Shown: piece after piece, positions 1 to 12,527 of the stretch
How the letters are laid out: every line of letters starts with the position of its first letter
Numbering within the stretch: the stretch's first letter is position 1
From: Rhizophagus irregularis
Taxonomy: Eukaryota
NCBI RefSeq assembly: GCF_026210795.1
Contig: NC_089429.1
Coordinates: forward strand, 3,348,001 to 3,412,000
DNA: 64,000 nt
Reading direction: 5' to 3'
Notes under the pieces: generated by a model
Databases searched by the model: none
Told to the model about the DNA's origin: nothing
The model's input: only the letters and a program-made list of their open reading frames with translations
Position numbers and translations under genes: made by a program

Positions 1-2999
1 TCTATTCCTTGCCCGCAAGGAGTTCCCAGCAATAGTGTTTTTTTTTTCAACCTATATATAAATTGGTTGAAATTCTAATTATATTATATTAATAATTTAT
101 TTAAATTTATTTATAAAAGATTTTTAATATTTATAAAATAATGTAATTATTAAATATAGTAGTAATTAAAATTTAGTAATCAATAATATTCTTATATTAA
201 ATTTTCTTTATTTTTTAATATAATATTGTTAATTGATTTTTGATTTTTGGGCTTATAAAAAACAACTGATAAACATAATAAAAGCTATGCAGGAAACAAA
301 AATGATAATCCTTAATCTTCATTATTATGCCATCTAGAATCTATATAATTAAAATGTTTAGTCTGTATAAATAAATTATAATTGTGAGCCATCGTCCATG
401 ATCTATTATAAGCTTATTAATCAATTAATATCTGATGCAAAGCAACAGCTAAATTTATTCATATTGGATATTAGATGTATATTACGTATGATTATTCAAT
501 CAGATTATTTTGAAATATAAATTTACCAACATAATTTTATTTATGTTACGTCGATGTTGTTTAAGATAATAAAAAAATAATTCTGTAATATTTAAAAATA
601 TTAAAAATGATATAAAATTATATACATAAATAAAAAAAATTCTCAATAATCATTGATAAGTTTGTTCAATAAATAATTACATCAATAATATTATAAATCA
701 ACTTAATTTTCCAATAATCATCATTGTTATTGATATATATTAACCAATTAGGATCATTATGATTACATGCATGTGATATCTAAAAATAGATAAAATCGTG
801 TGATTGTTTTTTTGTTTATTTTAAATTCTTTTCTTATTAAAACTTACAAAGTAATAAAAAAAATGTACCCACCAACTCATTCAAAAGAAAAGAATAAAAG
901 AAAGAAAATAATATGCCCACCTACTCACATATAAAAAAGAGAAAAGCCGATTTAAAATAAATAGTAGAGCTGTTAAGTAAGGTATGAAAATAGGATATAC
1001 ACGTATTTTTCATATTTTCTTTACAATATGTTGTGGTTTGAGTCTTTCTTTGTGGTATAAGTGTGAATATATTTTTCAACGGCCATGTATCTATTGCTTA
1101 TTAAATATATTTGCAATTTTTTGTCTTTCTTTTGTTAGACTATGGTATTACAATATGAAGTGTGAATATATTTTTCAACAGCCATGTATCTATTGCTTGT
1201 TACAATTTCTTTTGTAATATTTGCTTTAGCCTGGAGGAAAATGTTATGAAATAGGGCTGGATATTTTATAACATTTTCTGCCTTCCAATTAATTTGTCTG
1301 GGGGTAGCCTGACAATTTGTCGTTGTCCGTCAGTTGTAGCAACCAGCATTTTTTTACAATATTATGATTTTAAGAAACAAAACTTTTTCAAAAATTTAAT
1401 AAAGAAAGAACTAACTTAAAAATATTATTTTATTATTCTTTACAAAACGCTGGCACTGAAGTTATTTTTTTTCTCACTTATCAAATCCCAACATGTCCAA
1501 AGACTAATCATGTAGTATGCTGTGGTCTGGAACACCCGAGGTTTATGACTACCTAAGGATGAAGTTGTAGGGTACTTCTGCCCGATAGGCTAGCCTCCTC
1601 TAACTTAGGGTCTTATTAATCGGGAGAAGAAGTAGTTTCTAAGTACCTTTCACATCAAGGATGGACATTTTTTGATACTGTGCATCAAGGTGGTAATCCT
1701 ATATCTGCGAATTCAAGAAAAAAAATCTAAATCAAAAGAAATTGGAACCAACACATGTCAAGGTAATTTAAGCATTCTTTTTAAAAAAATTTAATCAAAG
1801 ATTAATTTGGTTTATATACAGTAAACCCAAGGAAAAAGAAAATATAATGTATTTTCAGAAGAATATGATAGTAATGCATATCAAAGTAACTTAAATATTT
1901 ATTTTTTATTTTATTAAAAAAAATATAATAAAAATATAATAACAAGATCTATTTTCTCTTTAAATAGCAAACTTCGAAAAAAGAGGTGGAATAAAACTGG
2001 AATAATATAAAGGTATATTTTTTACTAATTTTTATTTATATTATTAATATTTTTTTTAACACTCTTTCTTTTTTCTAATCTAACGTTTGTTTCTACTAAT
2101 ACTACTAAACATACTAACATTTTCTATCCATTTTATTTTTCTTTTTTTTTACTAACATTTTCTAATACCATTCCTTTTCTTTAACAATTTTGTTTAACAT
2201 TATTCATACTAATATTTTTATTACTAAAATACTTTACTATTTCTATTTCTTTCTTTTAAATATTAAACAGATAAAAATATGCAGCAAATAAATGAACACA
2301 TTATTTGGTATACATAATTCTAATTTTTTATATAGCTAGAATAATTTTTATATGATTTTTTGTATACTGGTCGAAATAGTCCAAATCGGCTAGAAATCGG
2401 ATGTCTGATTTTAGGTTGAATTTGGTGATAAAGATGGCCGAATTATCAACCCAAAAAAAGGTCCGATTGGCAGGCCAATTGATGCCAATCAGAATGTCCG
2501 AATTGAATTTATTTTTTATTCTGAATTGTTTAGTAATTTTAATTTGAATTGTTTAACCAATTGTGATGAATTTTGTCTAAATTATGGCAAATTTTAGATA
2601 ATTTTTTCTGAATTGTTTTAACTAATTGTGAAGAATTTTGTCTGAATTACAGCAAATTTTAGATAATTTTTTCCGAATTTAATCTGAATTGTTTAACCAA
2701 TTGTGATGAATTTTGTCTGAATTACAGCAAATTTTAGATGATTTTTTTTGAATTTTGTCTGAATTCTGTCTAAATTTTAGATTGAATGTGGATGATTTTT
2801 CCAAATTTAGTTTTAATTTAATTCAATTTTATTAGACATTTTAAATTACATTGTTATTAAAAATTACATTTAATATATATTCTTTAATTAATGTCTACCT
2901 TTCTAATCTAAAATACACCTATGCTATATTAATACCTATAATAAATTATTCTAAATTCGCTATTTTTAACCTAAAGAATAAAAAACAAAAAGAATTAAT

Positions 3000-5000
3000 A
3001 AAAAATTAAGCAAAAAACTCACCAACAATTGACATTTCGAAATTTACCTGCAAATTGTTTCAAATTCATCATTCTTATATATCTAACCAAAACTTGCGTT
3101 TAAAGAGTCAAAAAGTTACCTAAAAGAAAAAACAAAGCATTAGAAATTGTTTTGCTAAAGAAATAGTCTAAATATCCCTTCTTACTAAAATCCACATCCG
3201 AAGATATTCAAAGAATCGGTAGCTATCTAAAAAGAATTCTAACCAAAAATCTATGTTTCAGATCATGATATTTCATGTCTTCTAAAAAAAATGGAAGAAA
3301 ATGAAACGTCAGTAAACATTTTGTTAAAATAAATCAAAAAAAAACTTCTATAGCACCTATATTGAATCTTGCACGTCCAAATATTCCAAGAAACTGGCCA
3401 TATTTCCATTAATATTTCCATATGCTCTCGTTAATAAACACAAAGGCTGGGCGCCTAAAAAAAAAGAGTAAATGAAACGTTAGTAAAAAACGCTTCGTTA
3501 AATGAATTAATTGAAAGTAATAACTAGTAAATAACCTTTCTCACCAAGCTTCTGATGCGTCATCCAAATATCGAAGAACTGGCCACCTATAAATAAAAAA
3601 ATAAAACATTATTAGAAACGTTTCATTAGGAGAATTATTTATTCAAAGAAAAAAAAATGAGAAAAATGAACGTTATCTAACGTTCATTAAAAAAAAAAAT
3701 ATTTCGAAGTTACCTTCAAAATAGAGTCCAAGACCCGCACTTTGGTATTCTGGGACCTACAAAAATTAAGAACGAACATTAGTAACGTTCGTTAGATAAG
3801 CTAATGAAATCTTTCGAAGTTTTACCTTCGAAATGCCACGTTGAACTCATCCTGAAACCTGACCGAGGATACAAAAGGGAAAAAAAGTTAATGGTTTTTT
3901 TTAAATTAAAGTTTCGAAAATTTGTTTCGAAACTTACCTGGAATTCAGTATTCACGTCGGAGCCGATTTTCCTGCAAAAAAAAACAAAAAATGTTAAAAA
4001 TTAACATTTTTTTTAAAGTTTCAAATAAAATTCGAAACTTTATTTGCAAGATTCTGGTATCCAAATTGGAGCCAATTTCTATACAAAAAAAAATAATAAA
4101 AAATAATAAAAATGTTTAACGTTTTTTATTAAGTTTCGTCAAAAAGTTTCGAAAATCGAAACTTTACCTGTAGGATGGCAAATTAGAGCCGATTCCCTAC
4201 AAAAAAATATATAAAAAATATATAAAAACGTTAAAATAACGTTTTTTTATAAGTTTCATATAGTTAATTCAAAACTTACATGGCCAAATCTCAAACCCGA
4301 TTTCCTACAAAAAAAAATATAAAAAACGTTAAAATAAACGTTTTTTATTAAGTTTTGAAAAGAAACTTCAAAACTTTACCTATTGGATTCCTAATATCCA
4401 ATTCAGCGATAAAAAAAGAAAAAAATAATGTTAAAATAACGTTTTTTTAAGTTTTTTTAAGTTTCAATCGAAACTTCAAAAAAATAATAAAATATAATAA
4501 AAAACGTTAAATTAAACATTTTTTATTAATATTTTCAAAAAGTTTTGAAAAATCAAAACTTTACCTGCAAGATTCCGGTATCCAAATTGGAGCCAATTTC
4601 CCTGCAAAAAATTTAATAAAATAATAAAAAAAATGTTAAATTAAACGTTTTTTATTAATATTTTTCAAAAAGTTTCGAAAAATCGAAACTTTACCTGCGG
4701 GATTCCAGTATCCAAATTGGAGCTGATTTCCCTGCAAAAAAATTAATAAAAATAATAAAAAACGTTAAGTTAAACGTTTTTTATTAATATTTTTCAAAAA
4801 GTTTTGAAAAATCGAAACTTTACCTGCAGAATTCCGGTATCCAAATTGGAGCTGATTTCCCTGCAAAAAATTTAATAAAATATAATAAAAAACGTTAAAT
4901 TAAACGTTTTTTATTAATATTTTTCAAAAGTTTCAAAAAATTAAAACTCTACCTGTGGGATTCTGGTATCCACATTGGAGCCGATTTTCCTGCAAAAAAA
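3000..5000 (-). repeat. Tandem micro-exon/intron array (host site, left part)
   Basis: Repeated minus-strand units TTTTTGCAG|~37-nt exon|GTAAAG, period ~129 bp near 4500-5000. Confidence 0.7.
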
Positions 5001-5668
5001 GTTGTCGGGCTGGTAGTGTGTCTCGCTAACGCTCACCCCACCTCGGCCTCACGGCCTCGCAGTACCTCCTTCCCCCTCCATGGGGTAGAGAATTCCCCCA
5101 TATATACTACCGCCATGGCCACAGTGGCCATGGCTGGTCACAGTACTTTCCAACTTCTTTTTTTTACTCCATTTTTTCTTATATATAAAACTACTATGAC
5201 CACTATGACCACTATGACCAGACTACTAAAAAGTGGATAAAAACGCGAATAAAGCCAAAATCAGACAGAATATCCGGTCATAGTACTGGCCACAGTTCAA
5301 AAAACTTATGATAATACTATGGCCACCTTAGTTAGCCCCTCAGGCTCTAAAACCCGATTCAAGCTATGACCACCCTTTATCTACTTACCTGGGACACCGA
5401 ACTATGCCACCGAACTATGACCACCGAACTATGACCGCCGAACTATGACCACCGAACTATGACCGCCGAACTATGACCACCGAACTATGACCACTCTATG
5501 TCCCAAACTATGGCAGCCGAACTATGGACACCTTAGTCAGCCCCTCAGGTTCTAAAATCCGATTCAAGCTATGGACACCTGCCCCTCTATCTCACTCGAA
5601 AAAATATATTCGGCAATTGAAGATTAGGTAACTATAAATTAGTACTCGATTTGATAGAACAAAAAATG
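5001..5668 (+). repeat. Left terminal inverted repeat
   Basis: Near-identical reverse complement of 53071-53939 once the MITE is removed. Contains tandem (ACCACCGAACTATG)n at ~5395-5530 and ends at the ATG at 5666-5668. Confidence 0.95.
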
Positions 5669-6088
5669 ACATATACCGTAGAAAAGTTGGCAGGAATCTT
5701 TAGCCGCACAGTCCCGGATGTTATGGGTATCAATAGGGAGATCCTAAAAAGCCACCAAAATCTGCACGCAGTATCAGTAATCCCCGAACTTGTAGGCCAT
5801 ATCCTGGAACGTATTCCAAGTAGCAATTTTAGACCGCATCTTCTAGAAGTCAGCCCAATCTGGAGAGCCGAAGCTGAACAAGTACTCTGGAAGCGGCATA
5901 AAGAAGCTGAGAAGGTATACAAACAGGCAGTAGACTACTACAGGGAGGCCATTGACAATTTCAATGAAGCCGATCAGAAAAAATACACTAGGTTCGCAGG
6001 AATGGTGGCAGTAGAAAGAGCTCTCCTCAGATGTGACTTTATAACGCAAGAGTCCGACTGGGGAGAAATGGACTCAAATAACGTATAA
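5666..6088 (+). CDS. Small protein with F-box-like motif
   Basis: IPELVGHILERIP...LLEVSPIWR resembles the F-box consensus. The ATG is the last codon of the TIR. Confidence 0.55.
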   Translation: MTYTVEKLAGIFSRTVPDVMGINREILKSHQNLHAVSVIPELVGHILERIPSSNFRPHLLEVSPIWRAEAEQVLWKRHKEAEKVYKQAVDYYREAIDNFNEADQKKYTRFAGMVAVERALLRCDFITQESDWGEMDSNNV

Positions 6089-6200
6089 CATCCAATTGCT
6101 TAAAGAAGGCCGCACTCTTGATGACTCAGACGATGAATCAGATGATGGAGAGGTATCTCTCGATGACTCAGATGATGAGGAATACTTTTAGAAGGCGATA

Positions 6201-6521
6201 CTAATCCGTCTTCCTCTTTTTTGCCTCCTTAAGGCATTTATCAATACACTGTTTACACGCGTCATCAGCCTCTAAAATTTTTTGCCCGAGTTTTTTGCAT
6301 TGCCGATTGTACGCCGTCTGATGTCTTTTAGCTGCGGTTTCTTTTTTCTTCTCCTTGGTTTTCTTTTTGATAACCCAGTCTATCCCAGTAAAAGTATTCT
6401 TATGCATCCCACAAACTACACAGTCACCATGTAAACGATAGCGGCCATTTGTGGTCATATCTTGTATTTCACTAGCAGTCTCGGTTTCCTTCTTACACTT
6501 TAGGCAGTAAAATCGTGTCAT
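6201..6521 (-). CDS. Small basic zinc-ribbon protein (DUF5679-like)
   Basis: MTRFYCLKCK...NGRYRLHGDCVVCG has two CxxC pairs and a Lys-rich tail. Real start is probably the ATG at 6521, because the longer ORF overlaps the integrase antisense. Confidence 0.65.
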   Translation of the reverse strand: MTRFYCLKCKKETETASEIQDMTTNGRYRLHGDCVVCGMHKNTFTGIDWVIKKKTKEKKKETAAKRHQTAYNRQCKKLGQKILEADDACKQCIDKCLKEAKKRKTD

Positions 6522-6565
6522 CTTAAGATTTGAAGTCCGAAATCTTTCCTTTAATTTGTCGTAAT

Positions 6566-7659
6566 ATGTCGCATTTAGAGAATTACTACAAATACTACAA
6601 TCTCTCCAGAGTACCGGCACGAATTCTAAAAGGTGAGGAGCACTACAACCTATATAAAAAGCCCCTAAAAAAGAAGTTATCAGAGCATCCACGAGTAGTT
6701 GTATGGAAACCAAATGCAACACATCAGGCAGATCTTGCAGAGATGCCAGTCGACCCCAAAGGATTCCACTATTTCCTCGTAGTGGTGGAAGTCGCGGGTA
6801 AACAAGTCGATGCAGAACCCCTAAAGGATAAGACTGCAAATAGGGTTCTAAACGTGGTTCGTAAAATCTACAGAAGAAATCGTATTAAGCCACCAACACA
6901 CAGACTGGAGACAGACTCCGGATTAGAATTCACTAACGACCAGGTACGTGATTTTTTCCTGAACAGCCTAAGGGTAATGATGAGGTTCAGGCGAACCAAG
7001 GACGGGACAAAACAGCAATCATCGCTGAACGAGCCATCCAAGCAATCCAGGAACCTCTCCTAAAACGAATGGTGGCGCGGGAGTTGAAGACCGGGGTGAC
7101 GTCCGTGGAATGGTCAGAAGATTTCTGTGATGTAGTTAATAAAATAGATGAAATCTGGCAGAGAAATCCCCCAGACATTCCGACAGGGTCACCCAAAGTG
7201 TCAAAAAAGACGGAACTTCTCTCTGAAGGAACACATGTCCGAGTCAAGTTAGACGAACCTATTTCAGTACTCGGGAATAAACTCCATGGAAAATTTCGTA
7301 CAGGTGACATAAGATGGAATCCCAATATCCGTGTCATCAAAAAAATGATCCTCTCACCTGAACAGCCTCCTACGTATCTTCTTGATGGACCACACGAGCG
7401 TCTAGGTGTATCCAGATGTGCGTACACCCGAAAAGAGTTGCAGATTGTTCCAGAAAATGAACATCCCCCACCTGACTCCGTGATAAGAGGGCAACTCGAA
7501 AGATTTGTACCTGAGCGGATACTCCGGCATCGCATCAGGAAGGGTCAAGACCAGTATCTAGTCAAGTGGGAACGATACCCAGATACCGAAGCCACTTGGG
7601 AACCCGCTGACCGGTTGGAGGAGGATGTCCCTGCCTTAATCCGCAAGTTTTGGAAATAA
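6566..7659 (+). pseudogene. Polinton-type retroviral-like DDE integrase with C-terminal chromodomain (one frameshift at ~6990)
   Basis: HQADL (D), ETDSGLEF (D) and, after the shift, IIAERAIQ (E). Followed by VRVK...W...Y..KELQIV and the chromodomain ERILRHRIRKGQDQYLVKWERYPDTEATWEP. Confidence 0.9.
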
Positions 7660-7673
7660 AAAATAAATATTCC

Positions 7674-8453
7674 CTATTTTTTGTCTCCTCGATTCACATC
7701 AGAAACTATCGGGATAAAAACATTCTTCTCATTACAAGTAAGGGCGATATGTTCACGTGATTCATGGACATCATAATTGTAACGTTTCAGACACGTCCGG
7801 CTCAATCCAATCTCCTTATGCTTGTAATCGCTTAAAACCGCGAGATTCTCAGTGATTACACAATCAGGGGTTAGTTTGATTGACACACCTTTTACCATGC
7901 CGAATGTCCTACCAGAACCCGGAGCGCCAGATATGTTATGTGTAATACTCTTGTCGATATCCAACCCTAATTCTTCAGCGGCTTCCCTCTGAATAAAAGA
8001 CGCGTTAGCACAAGTGTCTGCTAAACACTGAATTGCTATCCCATTGACCTTCCCATCCAGCGCTAAAAGATCTTTAGTATTCTCCAAACGAGCTATGTCA
8101 ATATCCATCGGGTCATCTTCCCTGATATCCTCTTCTTGTTTTTCCTCAACTAGGTCTTCCGGAATCTCCGTACTTTTACGAGCAGACTTTAATTCTTCCC
8201 AAAGAATCTCGCGGAGTAATTTTCTAAAATCTGCAGACCTTAATAAACTTAATGAATCATTTTTGGTGACGGCTTTTATAAGTGTGGGCTTACTACTAGT
8301 AACCTTCACAGGAATCTTAATAGGAGTCATTTTAACTGATTTTTTTGGAACAGATTTAAGAAGTTTCAAGATACTTACACCCTTATCCGAGTTTACTTTT
8401 TTTTGTACTTCGAACCGCACAAATCCGAAAACCACCTTCCTCATCGGGAACAA
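7674..8453 (-). CDS. Retropepsin-like aspartic protease (probably the C-terminal part of a Gag-protease product)
   Basis: GKVNGIAIQCLADTCANASFIQREAAEELGL and IGLSRTCLKRY match the retropepsin pattern, with DTG changed to DTC. Overlaps the upstream ORF at an A8 run. Confidence 0.8.
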   Translation of the reverse strand: MFPMRKVVFGFVRFEVQKKVNSDKGVSILKLLKSVPKKSVKMTPIKIPVKVTSSKPTLIKAVTKNDSLSLLRSADFRKLLREILWEELKSARKSTEIPEDLVEEKQEEDIREDDPMDIDIARLENTKDLLALDGKVNGIAIQCLADTCANASFIQREAAEELGLDIDKSITHNISGAPGSGRTFGMVKGVSIKLTPDCVITENLAVLSDYKHKEIGLSRTCLKRYNYDVHESREHIALTCNEKNVFIPIVSDVNRGDKK

Positions 8454-10582
8454 TTTTCAAGTCATCAAAACTCGCGGTATTAGTATCAATATCCATAGCA
8501 TCATCATTAAGATCAAGGTTTCTCATTGCTCGGGCTAATTCCAGATCATCGCGTCTATCTTTAGCCTTCTGAAGTCTCTTTGGAAATCTTTTAGACGTCT
8601 CATATCCCATAATAAGATCAATAACATGTTGATCATCCTCACTAGTCCACTCAGGAGCATCAGGGTCACCAGGGTCATCACCAAAATTATGATCTACATA
8701 ACCATCATCCCAATCTGGCATCCCTGATGATCCTGAACAACGCGTGGCCGTGGCTTTGGCCGAACAGGTTTAATCTGTTGTCTATAGACCGGTGGTTTAC
8801 GAACTGGCTTAGATGCTTGTAATTGTTTAAATTGTGCCTGGAAATTCTTGGTAAGTTCCTCGGCTTGTGCCTTGAGCAATTCTTGTAATCGTTCTTGAGT
8901 AATAACGTCTGTCGACCTTTGTATTACAGCACCTTCGTGTGGAGTCACGGGATGAGTATAGCCAGCCAATTCCTCTTTTTTAGCCTTTTCAATACCCTGA
9001 CGCCTTTGTAATCCATAGAACATTTCGCCCTTTCATCGCTCAAGATCACTCAATCTATCGATTAATGTATTAAGAGGTGCCGCCCCGATTCTGGAAGCTT
9101 CAATAACGTTTTCTGGCAAAAGTCCTTTATAGAACTGGTCAGTAACCATAATTCGATTATATCCTACAATATCCCCAGCCCTCTCAACTCGCTTGTAGTA
9201 AGATCGAACAGGTTCACCTTGTTCCTGGTAAAGGTTACTAAATCGTATTTGAAGTCTTTCTTCCACGACGGTTGGAAAATTTGTGCGCATATGCATAAAT
9301 GCTTGATCCAGGAGAATCCCCTGTAAGACTATCGGTTGATTCTGGGCAGCAGCATTGAATGGACCTCCATGATCTCCCAACCCATTAACGGGTAGATGAG
9401 TAGGACGTCCGCCCGCACGCCTCCACTGCTCTTCAACTTTAAAATTCGTTCTAACGATATCAGCGCGTGACGGGAAAAATGCGTCTCCAATAGTTACCGC
9501 CGCATTAGCCGCAACTAGAGAATATGCATGAGCAGCAGATCCAGGCACATAAGTATTAGGATGTAGTCGTCCAGCACCAGCATTTTCAGGAACAACCAAA
9601 GCTCTGAATGCTCGGCGAGTAGCACTGGCTCCACCATTTGCAGCAGCTACTAACTGAATATTCGAGAGTTCCCAATTTTTTCCAGTAAGTTCCACATCAA
9701 ACCACCTTGCCGCTTCATTTCTCATACAGCTACGAAGAACCCCCATCGCTCGCACCCGACCAGGAGGCGCACCGGCATCGTCCAATGGATCAATACCAAC
9801 GGTATTAATATACCCTAAAAAGTTATCAATAAAAAGATTAAGATCTTCATCTTCCCGACCATGAAATATGGGGGCAGCTATACCAACGGCAGCCATATCG
9901 TATTTTGTGGATGGTTGAGAGGAGGTGGAGGAAGGTTCAATTGTCTAATCCGAAACCATTGTACTTGGATACGCAGAGCGGCTATTTGTTGAAAAAGTCG
10001 ATTCCTAAGACGTCCCAATGTCTGAATTCCAAAAAGAACCCGATTATTGGCATATACAAGCCAATTTCATGCCGCATCACGCTCGCCTATAGCTCTATTA
10101 CGTTCACCTATAGCTCTATTACGTTCTCCTCTCATAAGATTATATTGCTGCTGAAGACGACGATTAGTCGTCCGCATACCACCAAACTCACGTTCCAATT
10201 CAGCCAAATTAGCTTCTAAACTAGTAATAGTATCTTGTACGTTATTTAGCTCATCTTGTGTAAGACCTAACAAACCCGTTTGAACCTCGAGTTCATCTTG
10301 TAATTCATCACGTTCTTTTCGAGATCGATCACGTTCCGCTTTTAATATATCACGTTCTTCATATGTTTCTCTACAGCGATGAATTAATAAATTAAGAGCA
10401 TGTTTAAGACGATGGTTTGCATTTTGTACATCTCGATTAACAACCATGCGATCACTGACAGTTAAAAAATCTGTTAGATCCTTAATTACCGCAACTAATG
10501 GTATATTATTCATATCACACAAATCCCTAGGAGGCGGTCCAGTAGGCTCTGAAGGAGTATAAATTGCAATTGGTGTCGACAT
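8383..10582 (-). pseudogene. Gag-like polyprotein: N-terminal coiled coil, Ty3/Gypsy-type capsid domain, low-complexity tail
   Basis: PIFHGREDED..FIDNF, AARWF, LYQEQGEPVRSYYKRV (major-homology-region-like) and QFYKGL. Four ORFs join through in-frame TGA stops (10067, 9033) and single frameshifts (~9900, ~8725). Confidence 0.75.
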
Positions 10583-10613
10583 CGTATTTAAACTAAGATA
10601 GAATAAAATTCAA

Positions 10614-11650
10614 ATGGATCTTTATGTATACAATTTGGACGAGTACACAACCGACTCGAGACAGGATAATGAGTTTGCCCCATCATGGCCTTTCCGTCTT
10701 GCCGTAGCAGGAAGTTCTGACTCAGGTAAGACAACTATGATTATTAATTTGTTAATGGGAGACAAGAAGGCAAAGGAGGATGGCGAAAGGTACATATTAT
10801 GTGATGCGGTAATTCTAGTTGGCAGATACCTCGATGAACCGAAGTGGGCAGTCGTACGTGATTTTTCAAAGAAGAAGAAATTCCGTTTACCGCAGTATCC
10901 CATAGTGAGATTCCAAATGTTAAGGACTTCAACTCCACCCAGGCTACTGTGGTAATCTTCGAGGATTTGATGGATGCGCCTAAAAAAACCCAGGATCTCA
11001 TCACTGGATTTTTTACATACGGGCGTCACAAAAATATCTCGTGTATCTATGTGGCCCAAAGATTCTTTACCATTCCCAAGGCTATTCGTGAAAATGTGAA
11101 TTATATTTCCCTACATGGAGGTCACGGAAGTTTGACCGATACTAAGAGGATCATCCGCCAGTATACAGAAGAATCGGAGTTACTAGCTCCAGTAATCGAT
11201 GACCTTACTCTACAACGCGAATTTATAGTATTTGATCTTAGAAGATCCAAGAGCGATCCGTTATCTATTCGGGTTAGATGGGATACTAGTCTCAGTTCGA
11301 TCACCGATCAATCTCAGTTCGATCCTAGTTCGATCTCAGTTCAATCCCCGTTCGATCCGAGTTTGAACCCAGTTCAATCAAAGTTTAGTTCCTATGGCCA
11401 GAAAGCCGTAGCTGAAGCAAAAAAGTCCTCCCAGCTAATCGAGTTTGCTCGGAAATATCCGTCGCCTAAAGAGAGAAAACACCTTCTCGTATCTGGTGTT
11501 ATAGCTAAGAACGCAGATACCTGGATTAAGTACGTCTTTCGGGAAGCCTACGGACTATCTGGTAAGACCTTGGGATCAGACTTCCAAAACTTCTTGCGAA
11601 AGTACGGGATAGGACCACGAAGACTGAAATTCCAAAACCTGAGACCGTAA
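10614..11650 (+). pseudogene. A32/FtsK-HerA-type DNA packaging ATPase (frameshift at T-run ~10865)
   Basis: Walker A AGSSDSGKT, Walker B VIFEDL and the A32 signature GRHKNISCIYVAQRFFTIPKAIRENVNY. Confidence 0.9.
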
Positions 11651-11815
11651 AGGAGTTATTCTCCCGATATGAAGTCCTGAAGTCTAGTCACCCTTTGGAT
11701 AATAAAAAATTAATAGAAGGCATCGGGGTCCTTTTACAGATCTTTTCTAAGGGTCATATGGACCGTCGAGCATTACGAGTAGGGATCAATAGTATTTTGT
11801 AAGAATCTGGCTGCT

Positions 11816-12367
11816 TTAGCAACCCATCTCGTGAAGTTCTTCCGCAGAAGCCCTAAGAATCATGGCGCTTTTTTTACGTCCTTCGAAGTCAATCCGTAGC
11901 ATCCTAGCTTTTAACCCAATAGCTCCTGAGGCTCGAGAAGCAAAGTTCTTAGTCATCGGATTTCTTACATGACTTACATAGTTTTCATAGAATGTAGTAA
12001 AGGGTTCGTCAATACCATCTGGGTATGTATTCCGTAAGAACTGATATAAGGCAATTTCCCCACTGTCACATCCAATGGCTATAAGCTGTTCAAGAAGCCA
12101 CTTCCTAGTATCCTCGTATGAATCTCCGTCCATAATTTTCATATCCAGTCTTTGTGTGAATAATTGCGTAAAATCCGCATTACTTGCCCGACGGATAATC
12201 TGGACCAACTTATCCCTGGCAAGTCCCAAGGCTTGTAAAGGTTCACTCTCGTCGCCAATCTTCTTTATAATCTGTCTATACAACACGCTGGATAATCCTC
12301 TATATGCCGCTTTTGCAGAGAATACTTCACAGTTCTGACACTGGTTTATTACGATTGATGTTGACAT
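11816..12367 (-). CDS. Hypothetical protein of the Polinton-like element
   Basis: Intact 183-aa ORF in the gene-dense arm; no confident motif. Confidence 0.6.
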   Translation of the reverse strand: MSTSIVINQCQNCEVFSAKAAYRGLSSVLYRQIIKKIGDESEPLQALGLARDKLVQIIRRASNADFTQLFTQRLDMKIMDGDSYEDTRKWLLEQLIAIGCDSGEIALYQFLRNTYPDGIDEPFTTFYENYVSHVRNPMTKNFASRASGAIGLKARMLRIDFEGRKKSAMILRASAEELHEMGC

Positions 12368-12527
12368 GGCTATCTTTCTTTGATTATTCGCTCACTTAGT
12401 ATCCTTCACAATCTTTTTTATATATTGTTATCTTTAAATACCTGTCATTTGTATAAAAAAAAATAACTGGCATTAAGGGATCGACCGTTGAAAAGACCGG
12501 AGGACCGGAGGACCAGAGGACTGACCA

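Noticed and set aside
1..2360. Protein-coding gene in the first 2.4 kb
   Set aside because: Only short low-complexity ORFs and scattered splice-like signals; no product can be supported.
6987..8538. Antisense ORFs 6987-7535 and 8044-8538, and similar ones over the ATPase, pPolB and LINE
   Set aside because: They are shadows of motif-bearing genes on the other strand.
6566..10582. Degenerate Ty3/Gypsy chromovirus (gag, protease, integrase-chromodomain)
   Set aside because: The integrase is on the opposite strand to gag-PR, there is no RT, RNase H or LTR, and the spacers are only 14 and 31 bp.
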